Shown one piece after another: positions 1 through 13,165 of a DNA stretch of 64,000 bases. The stretch's first letter is position 1, and every line of letters begins with the position of its first letter. Source of the stretch: Eledone cirrhosa. Its lineage: Eukaryota. Made by a program: the position numbers and the translations under genes. The stretch is taken from the NCBI GenBank assembly GCA_964016885.1, contig OZ024742.1, positions 276,706,001-276,770,000 on the forward strand, given 5' to 3'. Under the pieces are notes generated by a model. The model made no database searches. It was not told the DNA's origin and saw only the letters and a program-made list of their open reading frames with translations.

Positions 1-94
1 GGAGGAGTGGTGACGTGTGCAGACCTAACCAGTTAGGAGCACACAATTATAAATCTGCACATAGGCAACCAAAGTCTAATCTTAACAACATTGT

Positions 95-445
95 TTTGTC
101 TTCCTGTGATAGAGACTAACATCTGTGGAGGCTCGGATGTCTGAGCAGCCCTGATAGAGAGTGCACTGCCCACCCAGTGTGTTGGGAAGGTGCTAGAAAA
201 GGTGAACTGAACATTACCTGGCACATCAACACTGCTTAGTTCCATGCAGTTTCATGTCAGCAGGAGCAGAAAAGATGATTGACATGCTAAATTAATTGCA
301 AAAGAGTGAGTTAATCTCAACTTTTGTTGTTGGATCACAATTCATGAAACTAACTAGAAAGAAGAATTGCACTTGTAACTAAAGAACTTCAAAGACTGTA
401 TATAGATATTGCAGCTCTCAAATGAGACAATCCGTCTAGCGTGGA
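95..445 (+). mobile_element. 5' remnant of an RTE-like LINE (5' UTR and start of the APE endonuclease)
   Basis: ~380-435 reads KELQRLYIDIAAL then ET across a frameshift, like the first APE motif (IDIAALQETR). Confidence 0.45.
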
Positions 446-504
446 AAATAGACATTAAACGATGATAATGATGAAGATGAATCATGAGAGTGTGAGTTCT
501 ATTC

Positions 505-750
505 ATGGACCAGGCTATGTGGTGTGTCCTTTAACAAGACACTTAATTTTACTTTGCTCCAGTTCACTCAGCTGTAGAAATGAGTTGCGACGCCACTGGT
601 GCCAAGATGTATCAGCCTTTTCCTTTTCCTTGGACAACATTAGTGGCATGGAGAAGGGAGATTAGTATGCGCAGACAACTACTTGTCTCCCCAAAAATAC
701 CTTTCCCAGGCTTGTGCCTTGGAGGGGAACTTTCTGGGTGTAAAAAGGAT
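505..750 (+). mobile_element. SINE, family B
   Basis: Core GTCCTT..CAAGACACTT..TTGCTCCAGTTCACTCAGCTGTAGAAATGAG is shared with copies at 44.3 kb and 51.4 kb. Confidence 0.6.
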
Positions 751-786
751 CTCTTTAATATATGTGTGCGTATGTATATCTGTATA

Positions 787-1416
787 TCTTCTTTTTCGCC
801 CACTTATTCCTGTGAGGGTCAGAGTCCTCAGACACTCCTTCCAGCGGGTCATGTCAGAAGTGACCATCTCTAACTGATCCAGTTGGATCCCCAAGCGAGA
901 CCAGCCAAGCTCATGGATGTTATCAAACCATCTTGCTCAGGGTCTACCTCTGGGTCTCCTGTCGGTTGGTTTTGCTCATAAAATCTGTCCAGCGATTCTT
1001 TCCTGAGACATTCTAACCAAATGCCCATAGTATTGGAGCTGTGATCTCTCAATTCAGAGAAGTAGTGGCTCTACCTGGAGTGACTCTCTGATCTCTGAGC
1101 TACACACTCTATCAAGTAACGTTACTCCAAAGACCCTTTGGAGGAACCCCATTTCAGCCACTTGTTTCACGATCGTATTCTTTCGGTCATTGCCTAAGAT
1201 TCATGACTATAGGTAAGGGTTGGCATGAATACCGAATTGAAGATAACAAGTTTGGCTTTTACACCCACCTCCCTTTTGATTACTAGATGCTGAAGCTGGC
1301 GCATTAATGCACCAGCTCCTGCAACTCTTGCACTTAATTCAGCCTCTTGCCTTCCATCACTCGTGAACACAGCCCTGAGATACTTGAACTTCTCTACCTG
1401 CTTCAGTGGAACTCCA
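787..1416 (-). mobile_element. 3' fragment of a decayed RTE LINE
   Basis: Minus strand has EKFKYL-like and YGHESW-like RT C-terminal motifs; homologous to 6317-6782 and 1417-1610. Confidence 0.75.
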
Positions 1417-1610
1417 TTTTATAGGCAAAACCAATCGGCAGGAGACCCAGGGGTAGACCTCAAGCAAGATGGTTGGCTAACATCCATGAGGCTTGGTCTC
1501 ACTTAGGGATCCAGCCAAATCAGTTGCTTCTGACACGACCCGCTGTAAGGTGTGTTATAGGACTCTGTCCCCAAGACCCTCTCAGGAATAAGTAGATAAA
1601 GAAGAAGATG
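1417..1610 (+). mobile_element. 3' end of the same RTE family in the opposite orientation
   Basis: Diverged reverse complement of ~787-985, with an RPRGRPQARW motif and a GAAGAAGAT tail. Confidence 0.75.
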
Positions 1611-2383
1611 AAAACATATACTATGTTTATATTCAATAAACATATGGTAGCCTTCTTATCAAAGAAAAAATATTTTTTCATAGCAGAGGAATTATTTTTA
1701 CCTCTTTTGTTCTGTGAATATGTCACAGGAATGTCAGTATCAGTTTAAAATGCCAGAAGTGCTGTTTCAAGATTTGTTACTCTATCAGTGATATTCACTG
1801 AGGCTGTACTGACAAGGAAATAGACAAGAGTCTATGTATATTTTGCATGATGAACATTTATTGAGGACGTTCATTTGCATATAAACAAGTAGAAAACATC
1901 AACTGGAAATGCTCTTTTGCATATAGTGCAAACTATGGTGTAATCTATATGGAACTTTGTCTGCAGCTTCTTATATTTTATCATGTTTATGCTGCACATC
2001 ACTAAATATTGACCACTGTTTTGGTGAGCTGGCATAAAATGCTAGGCTAAATTATGTTGTCTGTTGCACAGATTAACTCCAGTCCTACCACAGTTAACCT
2101 TCCCATTCCTCTGCTTGGCTTGATTGTTATAAAATGTAGGATCAATTAAACTGACTAGACCTGCCCCCCTACAAAACTTGGCTTTGTGCCTAGTCAAACG
2201 ATATATCCTCACAATGGAATAACTCTAAAGACTATAGAAATTGTAACAGCATGTGTAATAATATGTCTGGGAGTCTGTGCAGTCATAGCAATAATTAAAG
2301 TTCATTCAAGTACTAATAACTGTTTTCAACTGTTACAATTAATTGTTTGTTTCTACTTTTTTTTTTCCTGTTTCTGTTTTTAG

Positions 2384-2487
2384 CTGTCATTCCTGGGGGG
2401 AATTTAGCTGAGATGTGTATGCAGATCAAGCGAGCCATTGATGCTGAACAGAAAAAAGGGATCTATATTGCTACCAGCGCTTTTTAA
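2384..2487 (+). CDS. DLG5: Terminal coding exon of a Discs-large 5-like MAGUK (end of guanylate-kinase-like domain)
   Basis: Long pyrimidine tract and TAG acceptor (2381-2383). Phase-1 exon reads VIPGGNLAEMCMQIKRAIDAEQKKGIYIATSAF*, colinear without gaps with the human DLG5 C-terminus as recalled (VIQGGALSSICTQILAMVNQEQNKVLWIPACPL*). Upstream exons lie outside the window. Confidence 0.8.
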
Positions 2488-3494
2488 TGGTTCGCTACAT
2501 TGAATTAGGTACTTATTTTGGTTGCTAACCATTCATCATGTCCTATATTTACCCTTGGGTTTACAAGGGAATAAACTTCGATATTACAGAACCATCTTCA
2601 GCCTTCATTTCAACTTAAACAAACCTCAGAAAGATGAAGTACCAATGTTTTAGGCTTCTACACATTTCTCCTGTCTCCTTTCATTAATCTTTAATCAGAA
2701 CATTATTCACAAAAATATTGTATATATTTGAAGATTCACTATACCCCCACCTCTTTCAACATTAAGATTTAGAAGCCTTTACATTATTATTCTATCCATC
2801 AGTGAACAGGAGAGAATCTGTTTCCATTATATTCTCCAGCTGTCTTACCAATGAGAACACAGAACACACCCTACAAATAAAATGTGCAAGTTCTTTTTCT
2901 TTTATAGAATTGCTACCCTCATATTGGAAAATGGAATAATTATTTTTAAAGAGCACTTAATTCAAAGAGTCTATATAGAATTTCAAATCTATTAGTATTA
3001 TCTGCATTAAGTTTATCAATAATGCTTTTAGTTTTTTTTCTTTTTTTTTTCTTTCACTAAATTTATGATTATTATTTTTGTCACGATTTCAAACAAAATT
3101 TCAACTGTGATAACTTATAAGATTCTTGCACTTACAATGTGACAACTTTGAAGCACTTCTAGTTGTAATTTAAAATTATATTTACACAAAGTTCAGAGGC
3201 TGAAATTCTATTCTTTTATCAATATAAATTGCTAAATTTGGTTGTCATTTAAAGTATTTGTGACATGTATCAATTAAACATGTATCAATTAAACAAAGGA
3301 TTGCACCATGTGGTTAGATGCCATGCTGAAAAGGACCTGTCCAATCCATGCAAGCATGGAAAAGTGGACTTAAAAATGACGGTGATGATGGTTTTATATA
3401 TATATATATATATAAATTTTGTACTCTCGCTTTTATTGAATAGAATACCAGCTTCCAACTAGAATGTACAGGTTCTTTATGGTAGTTAAGTGCA

Positions 3495-3522
3495 TGTATA
3501 TGTGTGTGTGTGTCTGTGTATA

Positions 3523-3555
<33 letters not shown>
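3495..3555. repeat. (TG)n/(TA)n microsatellite
   Basis: Seen directly. Confidence 0.9.
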
Positions 3556-6316
3556 TATGAGAGAAGAGGAAGAAGAGAGAAAAGAATGTTCAAGTTTACA
3601 CACAGGCGAAAAAAGTACTTGAATACATTAACAGATTTTATGTATTCATACATTTCTGAAACTGAGACTTCAGTGTATTACCTGAAGTTTTGTGTTAATA
3701 TTTGTCAAACTTTGACAAATGGTGACAGGATACTTGAAATATTATGGCTCTAAAGACTATAGAAATTGTAACAGCATGTGTAATAATAGTTATGTCTGGT
3801 TTCTGAAATTTAGATATATTTCAAAACCCAGTTTGCCCATATTAAAATAGTGTAAAATGTTATGCAAATTCAGAGTTAGTTATAGGAAATTTTTTTTTAC
3901 ATGTTTATGCCCTTCTTAATGCCATCCATTCAACCATGAAATAAAACTTCCGTATTTTCAGTTATGTTTGGGTTCAATGTTAGCAGTAGGGTTTCAACTC
4001 ATAATGCCACCCAAATCTATTGTCCAAAACCTTAACTATTCAGCCCTTTTGAAAATGAAAAGAGAACAATAGAAACGAATTTTATACGGTTGCACCATTT
4101 GTTTCGTTTTATTTGGTTGGTTTACCAAAATAAAGATTCCATTTTTCTATTGTGACAATTGCCATAGCTTATTTGCTTTCTAAAGAAAAAAAAAACAGCA
4201 AAACAACTATTTGGTTTTCTCAACTAACAATAGCTAAGTAATGTTTATAGGTTGCTTTACCCTACCTTAAATATAATCTACAAATCAATATCGGTATTCT
4301 TGCTAATTACATTTCATTAAAATCCAAAGAGAAGGTTTATTAACATCTTTGTAACCTTTGTTTTCAGTTTTCTATGTATTAATGCAAATTTACCAGTTTT
4401 ATCTTTGAGCTGATACTATAAAAGTCTCTGTTTTTATTGTTTCATCTTAGATTGGTGTAATACTGTCATCTGAAAAAACATTTTATTTCCTCTAACTAGC
4501 TTCATTAATTAGAAGGGTGTTGTTTCATAAAATTTGGTAGTACAAAGATCATTGGAAATCGTAAGGATATTCCATATGTTAGGGATTAGCAGATGTGGAT
4601 AAAATATATTGAAGCTATTATCCAGTGAAGAATAATAATGTATGTTAGTTTATCACTAACCATATTGGTTTGGATTTTGAATTGTGGTAGAATGTTTAAG
4701 TATCAGTCATCATCATCATCTTCATTTAACGCCTGTTTTTCCTGCTAGCAAGGGTTGGACCGGTTGTTACAAACCGAGTCAGTAATCAAGCAGAGTTTCT
4801 GTCCTCTCAGATGGGCCAGGGGCCCACATCTCACTTACATATGTTCTTACACACACTCTACCAAGTGCATTTTATCATGGCACCACCACTAGCGATGTTG
4901 TTTTGTCTTTGACACAGCTGAAGAGTTCTCCTGACCCTTTGTTTGCCAATTTTTCTACAACTAGATGCCTTTCTATTACCAACCACTTTACAGAGTGTAC
5001 GGATGTGTTTATCATGTTTAGTTGACATGTCCTTGACACAACTGAAGAGTCCTCTCAAAATAAATTATATATTTAAACAGATATTGAGTTATTTGAAAAT
5101 TTTTATTTTACATTAAGATTTAGTAGGATTTATTTTCATAACATGATTTGGGGGTTGGTTACTTTGCTTTTAGAGTATTGTCCTGTATCAAAACAAATGT
5201 TTTGAATAGGTTTAGTTTTAGACAGTCAATTTCACTCTTAATCTGAAAAGAAAATTGGAATTAAACAATTTTGCTGTGTTGGATGTAATAAGATATCTCA
5301 TGTAATACATTCCCTTGGATTATTGATTTTAGTCTTATCAAGCAAAAAGGCGCAACTTGTAAAGACCACATCAAATGCAAGTTCTTTCTCATTTGTAATT
5401 ATACCTTTCTATAATTTTATAAAATATTCTTTAACTTAAAGGGTTATGGTGTGCTGAAATAGTTCTAATAGTGCAAGATAAAGTTCTGTATCATCTTAGG
5501 TGCACTGTGAGCTATAGCACAGATGCTCTGGTGATTTAGAGATAGTTGATATTCCACATGTTAATGTGGATAAAATGTAAAGCATCTTCTAGATAATGTT
5601 AGAATAATTTGTTAGTTTATCATTAACCAATTCAGTTGGCAACTTCACAAAAATCTCTACGAATTGGAGAAAAATTGTCGCTATTCAATTTTTTATGATT
5701 AAATGTTTTACTGTTAACTGAAAACATTTTTTTTTCTTCTTTAAAACTTATTAAATAAGTACCATAAATACTCATGTGTAAGTCTAATTTATGTAAAATG
5801 CCACCTTTGATCTTTTTTTTTTTTTCTGGCACAAAACTCATTTATGATGCGACCCTAGTTTTTGATAATTACTTGTAAGGCTAGCATAGTGGAACATTTC
5901 AGTACTGGATAAAATTATAGATGCATTTTTTTTTTTTAAATATGTATTGGTACTTAACCAAAATATCTGGCTAAATTTTTTCAGCTGTACTTTCTCTAGT
6001 TTCCACATCTTTTGTACAATGAATCTTCCTAATTCTATTAATGTTAGCCAGTGACACCATGAGAATGCCTAATAAGTCTATCAGGTAGGTTACAGTCACT
6101 GAAAATGCATACCAAGCCCTCCAAACAAATACCTATGTATTAAGCAACACTCTATTTTTGTGAAAATTTTGTTCATTAAAAACTCACCATACTCAGTATA
6201 TACAGGATAGAAAATGGTTATAAGGTTGTTGTTTTTTTTTTTAATGTACTTGGAAGTGAAACATTTTTAAACATAATCCTTAAAAATTTTACTATTTTAT
6301 TAATATACCCCCTTGT

Positions 6317-6782
6317 ATCTTCTTCTCCTCTCCTCCTGAGAGGGTCAAGCTGTCTCCAACTGATCCAGCTAGATCCCTAAACGTGACCAGTGAAGCTCGT
6401 GGATGCTATCCAACCATCTTGTTTCTCCTGCCGGTTGGTTTTTGCCCGTAAAATCTGTCCAGCAATTCTTTCCTGAGACATTCTAACCACATGCCCATAG
6501 TGTCGGATCTGTGATATCTCAATTCGGAGAAATAGTGGGTCTACCTGGAGTGAATCTCTGATCTCCAAGCTACGTACTTTATCAAGTAATCTTAATCCAA
6601 AGGCCCTTCAGAGGAACCCCTTTTCAGCCGCTTGTATTCTCAATTGTATTCTTTTGGTCATTACCCAAGATTCATGACCATAGGTAAGGACTGGCACGAA
6701 TACTGAATTGAAGATAGCGAGTTTGGCTTTTACGCCTACTTGCCTTCTTCTGATTACTGAATGCTAAAGCTGGCGCATTGTA
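6317..6782 (-). mobile_element. 3' fragment of an RTE LINE
   Basis: ORF 6377-6568 (IEISQIRHYGHVVRM); homologous to 787-1416. Confidence 0.75.
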
Positions 6783-7642
6783 TGTTGTCTTCTTTTTTTT
6801 TTAATTGGTTTGTCTGGTGTTTGAGACTGGCTCACTTTTTAATACTATAAGTTAGTTTTATTTAAAAGCTTGTCAGTTATTTATTTCCTTCCAATCGCAC
6901 TCAGTGAATAGTCAGATTTCAAATACAATTAAGTAAAATTAGTTGTCTCTGTAGAAGACAAACACATACAGGTAAGTTACTATAATAGTCAATTGTGTTT
7001 GCCAGCTTGGCTTTTATAGAACATCTCACTTTACTGAGACTAAAATGTGAAGCTCTTTTCCCTCTAGAAACTGCCTGTATATTTACTGTATTAAGGCATA
7101 TTTAATATAGTTTGTTGCCTGTAATCTATATGAAATTTCTATTAATACTTGCTTTATTACCATGTTCATTAATTTTTTTTTTCATTTGGCTTAGAGAAAG
7201 GGAGTTGTACCCATTGCCTTCATGGTACCTCAAGGATCAGGGGAATTGTTACTATTAACATTCCACTTAAACTGTTGCAAGTTGACAACTGCAGAAAAAA
7301 TATGCTATGGGGGAGGCAGGGTAGTTAGTGCAGACCCTAGTGATCAGATACAATATGAGTAACAAAAAAGTTGGGAGTGCCTAAGAGACAAGAGAGTTAG
7401 TAGTGCCTAAGGAGCCGTTGCACCAGACCAACCAAGTCACTGGATCGAAAACTACTGTTGTAGCAGTAGAAATGACTAACAAAGGAGACAGCATATCTGT
7501 GAGACCGTGGCTGCAATGTTTCTTAGTAATTTTAAAACAGGTTGTTAAAACAATGCTTGCAATAACTGGCTTTTAACCAAATTTAATAATAGTAGTAATT
7601 TATTTTAGAAACATAGAACCTGAAATTTGCAAAGATATGGAA

Positions 7643-7839
7643 TTAATCCTTTTGATACAAAACTGGCTTAAACTCCCCTTGGTTCTACCATACAAGAATA
7701 TTTAATTTGGAATTTTTATATTTATATAAAAACCAGCTTAATAATGAGAAAGTTATATTACAAAATCCCCCCAGGTTCTTGATTATTTTGAAAATCATAG
7801 GCAGTATCTTTCTTTAGAAATATGGTAAAAAAAGGTTAA
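7643..7839. mobile_element. TTAA-flanked MITE, family 2 (piggyBac-like)
   Basis: Ends TTAATCCTTTTGATAC and GGTAAAAAAAGGTTAA; related copies at ~9805-10000 and ~22018-22445. Confidence 0.5.
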
Positions 7840-9521
7840 GTGTCTTTTATACCTTTCTTAAAAGCAGCAGGGATACAAGTAGAGTGAAGCCCTTCAAACT
7901 GGGAATTGGATCCAGTTCAGGGATTAAAGAATTTATTTAAAGCAGTGGTTATAATGGTGATGATCGATATTGTTTTATTAGTAAAAGTTTCATCATTGAA
8001 ATCCTTTGTTATGCAAGTTTCGTGAATGACAATCCTAGTTGCAAGAATCAGCAGGCTGAAGGTTTAGAAGTGAAACAGTAGAATCCAAGAAAACAAATGA
8101 AAAGATAAAGTAATCCTTTGTATCTGTTATGTGTAACATAGCTGCAAACTATGATAGAGTATTTTATTTAAATCACTTCAAGTAATATAAAGTGCTAAAT
8201 TTAATGTCCCATAATGCTTTATGCCAGTGCAATACTAAAGATTTCATTACTAAGAGGATTATCCTAGAATAGGTAGTTTTTCAGTTTCTTTGTCTAGATC
8301 ACTTGGAGAATTTGTATTTCAGCAAAAACCTCATTTATTTAGGACTAGATGTTGTGGTACCAACATAACTTTACAGAGAAAGGGGTGGTATTGATGTGGG
8401 GGAGGGGGTGTAGTTGAGGTAGTGGGATGGGGGTGTATATTTGATTAAGAGTTGCCTACTGACTGTAGGTTTCGCTTTGTACTTAGGCAAGGCGGGTCTT
8501 CTGTATTACTGCGTAATGCCAAAGATCTCATATCAGTTAAACTTTTTTTTTTTTTCATTGAAATACATTAAATAAACATCAACCAATGTTCATTATTTTT
8601 CATATAATTCTTCAAGATGTTTGAATTCCATTTTTCTTTATCCTCCATTTACCTCAGTCATTCTCAGCTCCTTTTTTTCTTTTTCTTTTTGTCAATTTTG
8701 AGATATTTCGTTAGGAGCTGTCTGCTGAGTACTGAGACTACAAATTCACCTAGGCTAAACATTTTTTAACCCACTAATGCATAATGATTAATTAATATAT
8801 AGATAATTACAACTAATAAATACTTCAAATTGTATAATTTCTTGACTGTGCTGTTCTCTTGTTTTAGGGACACTATACATTAATGGGTTAATTATGTACT
8901 ATATATATTATCTAATGTAACAGTATAACATCTACATGAGATTTTTTTTTTTTGCAGGGTGGGGATCATTATCATAGTTGTTTCCTTGTCATATTAGCAC
9001 CCATCTAAGTTATTTAGTCTGGCTATTGAGGAAAGAACTTGAAAAGATTGAAGTGAAGACATTTTTTTTACTATTAAGCTAATTATGCTTTAGCCATTTT
9101 TTATTTTTATTAATTATTTGCCTTTGAAAAGCAGTAGGAACTTAGTAAAATGTTTCTATTCTTTCTTCAGTTGCAGTATTTTAATTTTTCGGTGGAGAAC
9201 CTTGAGTAATGTATTTATCATTATTGTTACATCAACTTTTCTATGCTGGTATGGGTTTGATAGGACTTTTTGAAGCAATCTTTTACAGTTGGGTGCCCTT
9301 CCTGACACTAACCCTTTAGTTGCTTTTTACAACATGCAGGTATACAGTGTACCTATTCTACACACATATTTTATGACCCCTAGTTTAATCTTGTAGCACA
9401 TTATAGAACTCTATTTGTTTAAAGTTTCCAACTTATATTACAATTTCAATTTACAATTTTCTGGCTCTACTTATGCACTTTGTAGTAATGCTAGCTTGTT
9501 GAGTTCCTCATTATTATTGAA

Positions 9522-9752
9522 GTGGCAGTGGATTGGCAGAATCAGTAGAGTGTCTGACATGCTTAGTAGCATAAAGTTACAGTCCTTTGCATTCCAAGTT
9601 CAAACCCCACTGAGGTTAGCTTTGCCTTTCATCCTTAGGGGGTCGATAAAATAAAGCACCAGTAATGCACTGGTGCTGATTTTAAACAAACACCCCCACC
9701 CACCCCACCCCGAAAAAAAAATTGCTGGCTTTGTGCCTATAGTAGAAATCAT
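9522..9752 (+). mobile_element. tRNA-derived SINE, family A
   Basis: B-box-like GTTCAAACCC and core TTTGCCTTTCATCCTT..GGGGTCGATAAAATAAAG.ACCAGTAATGCACTGG. About 10 copies or fragments in the window (e.g. 12874, 35275, 50110, 54291, 57190, 62270). Confidence 0.8.
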
Positions 9753-12215
9753 TATTATTGAAGTTACCAAATGTTTTGGTTATGAAGTCTAATCATAAAT
9801 TAATTTTACCATTTTGATACCAACCCACCCAAAATGAAACCACCCATTTTAAAAGGTTTCTATTTAAATTAAACCTTCCTAGCATGATTTTACTTTTGTT
9901 ACAAATACCACTTAAATAATGAAATAATTGATTTTAATAAATTCCTCCAAATCCTACAATAACTAATTCAAATACTATATTAGAAATATGGTAACAAAAT
10001 TGTCTAAATTCTATAAAATCTTTTGATGTTTTAAACCGAGTAGAATTATTAGAGATGTTTGCAGAATGTTCCAAATTATTTAACCCTACACTACATAGCC
10101 AACACTAACATGTTTCAAATTATTTATCATTATCTTTATGTAAATTTACCTTATCAGACAAACCCAATATGTATGTCTCTGGTATATAGTCCATTGCGGA
10201 TGTGTGACCTATATTTTAATGTTCGTTTAGATGTTGTTGAGATTTGAAATATCTGAAGAGGAAACCCAGTATTTGAGTTATTATAATCTTGACTGTATTT
10301 AAAATGTAGGGTCCCTCTGAGAAGTTGCCAGATATGCATTAAAATTATTGCATGCATTCATACTTACAGGTACATTTATACAATGGTTTGTTTTTTGGCC
10401 CGCCTAACCTGTCCTTCATGTTTACTCATAATTTAACTCTTCTCTTCTGGATCTAAATATTCTCCTCTTACTATAGATATTGAATATATTTGCTGTCTCT
10501 TTCTGCCTTTTATTCTTACTAAATAGCTTTCCTAGTCTACAATCATGGGTGTTTGTCTAAAATGTTTGCTTCACAAGGTTCCACATTCAGTCACACTTTG
10601 TGGCATGTGTCTTTTTCTGTAGGCTTCAGTTGACCAACAGAATTTAGTATATGTACTTTTTGTGTTTTTGTCCATGTCAGTTTTCCTTTATAACAACATA
10701 AAATTAATGAGATCAGTATGACCAACTAAAACCCTTAAAGCTAGTCCCCCAGCGTGGCTGCAATCCAATGCTGAAATCAGTAACAATAAAAGAAAGAAAA
10801 CATACTTATATTGCTGTCAGTGTTTTATAGCTGATCATTTAGTTTCATTTAATGTTTTTCTTTGAAATAAGCTTGTGCAGTATAACCTGCCAATTTTTTT
10901 ATTTTTTATTATTATTATCGAAGAAATTTCAATATCTAATAATACTAATGGAAGAGGTTTCAGTAGTCAGTAATTACAAGCATTGGTTGAAATTGTCTCT
11001 AGTGTAGGTGCTACTTTATGTTCTAAAGATAATATAGGTAATTGGCAAAAGGAAAGGGTTTCAGCTGTAAAATATCTGATCTAAAGTTCTGCACAACATG
11101 AGAATTAACAAAACTCATAGTAACATGAAAAATATGCATACATACACACACACCTCTCTCTCTCCCTATATATATATATACACACACGCGTTTAAATTTA
11201 GTGGTTCACTACTGGGTAGAACTGGTCATTCAAAAATAATTAAGGGAATTCAACCTGTCCAGCCTCCTGTCATTTTACTTTATAATATATATATATATAT
11301 ATAAAGGAAAAATAATTATCGAAGGAAATTTGTATTTCTGGTTTTGTAGTAAATTTCTGTCTATTTTAACATCACCACTGTTTATATATAACAGTGACGT
11401 TTTCTGTCTACAACCTTGCTAGACTGGAATACTGCCATGATTTTGAAGCAACATGTAAACAATGTAAACATAAGCAGAAGCAATTAAAAACAAAATAAAA
11501 ATAATTATCTAATTTTAAAACCTGTGTGCATAGTTTTGCTTAAACTTATGGAATATTTTAAATCTTTCATATCAAGCATGCCTATACCATTTTAGATGCC
11601 TTATATATTTGAAAACTCTTACATCCATCCTGAGTAATTCCTTTTAGTAGCTGTTTTTCTTTTTAAAAATTGCCTATACTATCCCAAATCGTTGCAGCTG
11701 TGCAAATTTGTAACCCACGAAGGGTCTTCTATGTCACTGGCAGAACATTTAAGTTTTATTTGTCCAATTCAATTATCTTATCCTTCCGCTTGGCAGTGAC
11801 TTGATTACTTCTCTCTGAATTATAGAAATTATTTAAATCACATAAAACCTACGACCTATTCTTCGAATCTATCCTTTGTTTCAAATTCAAATAAAAGACC
11901 ACATTCTCTCATCTATTAACATTTCACTTTGCCACAGTTTTTAACACAAACCTATATTTCAATAAATCCATCTTGATTTTACTTCCTTTCTGCAAACATG
12001 TTATAGAGAAGAAATGAATGTTATATACTTTTATTGGATGTTTATATGGATACCCAATAGCATGTACATATCATTTTCAGCAAAGTATTTGGAATTTTGA
12101 ACTTTGCTCACAGGCCCTAGTACTACCTTTGTGGACTCTCAGGGATCCCCAGTTTGAGAACCTTATCATACTGTATCTAGATTCAGGCTGAATGTAGATT
12201 AATATAAACTTGGTA

Positions 12216-12441
12216 TTAACCCTTTAGCATTTACATTACACTATATTTACTATTATATTTTCATCGTAAAGGCTTTACCTCACATAATTATTTCATATAT
12301 CAAATCTACAAGATTTTGATGTTATTTATTTTAAGAACAATACCTTAACGTTGGTATGAGTGGTCAGTTACAGCTGGGTTGAACAGAAGCAGGTGAGAGA
12401 ATTTTGGCCGAATATGATTGGTTTAAATACTAAAGTGTTAA
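12216..12441. mobile_element. Non-autonomous piggyBac-type MITE, family 1
   Basis: TTAA|CCCTTTAGCATTTA ... TAAATACTAAAGTG|TTAA; six copies in the window. Confidence 0.8.
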
Positions 12442-12755
12442 ATAAAACTTTGCTAAAGACACTATACAATACCAACAATTTTTTATCATTAAACTTGTAG
12501 TCATATCTCTATCTGTTAGGATTCTAAGTAACTATAAATTTACAATATTAAACATTCAACTATTCACATAAACCAGATTAGTTGATCATTTTTGTTTCAG
12601 GTATTCAAAGCAGTATCAAATTATCCAAACATCTGCTAGACAGTTCAAGTCATGTGATGTGCTTCCTTTTCCATATATTATTGAAGTTAAAGTAAAAAAA
12701 AAGTAGCTTTGGGTAGATCTAAGGTAATAAAATGAGTATTGTAGAACCAGATACC

Positions 12756-13165
12756 TTAACCCTTTAGCATTTGCATTACTTTATATTTACAGTTATATTT
12801 TCACAGTAAACACTTTATTCTTACATAATTATCTCACATAATATTGAATTACGAGATTTTGATATTATTTATTGGATTGGCAGTATCATCAGAGGGTCGG
12901 ATGCGATGTTTTGCAACATAGAGTTACGGTCTAAGTTCAAATCCCGCCAAGGTTGACTTTGCCTTTCATCCTTACGGGGTCGATAAAATAAAGTACCAGT
13001 AATGCACTGGGGTAATTGTTGGCCTTGTGCCAAAAGTAGAAACAATTATTTATTTTGAGAACAATACCTTAACATAAGTATGAGCAGCTAGTTATGGCCG
13101 GTTTGAACAGTAATAGGTGAGAGAATTCTGGCCAGATACAGCTGTTTTAAATGCTAAAGGGTTAA
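12756..13165. mobile_element. piggyBac-type MITE, family 1, interrupted by a SINE
   Basis: TTAA|CCCTTTAGCATTT ... AAATGCTAAAGGG|TTAA, a perfect 13-bp terminal inverted repeat (TIR). Confidence 0.85.
12874..13044 (+). mobile_element. SINE family A nested in the MITE
   Basis: Family A core; flanked by target-site duplication (TSD) ATTATTTATT at 12864-12873 and 13045-13054. Confidence 0.8.

Noticed and set aside
11900-11993. Possible minus-strand terminal exon (KGSKIKMDLLKYRFVLKTVAK*)
   Set aside because: Plausible acceptor, but no homology and no partner exons.
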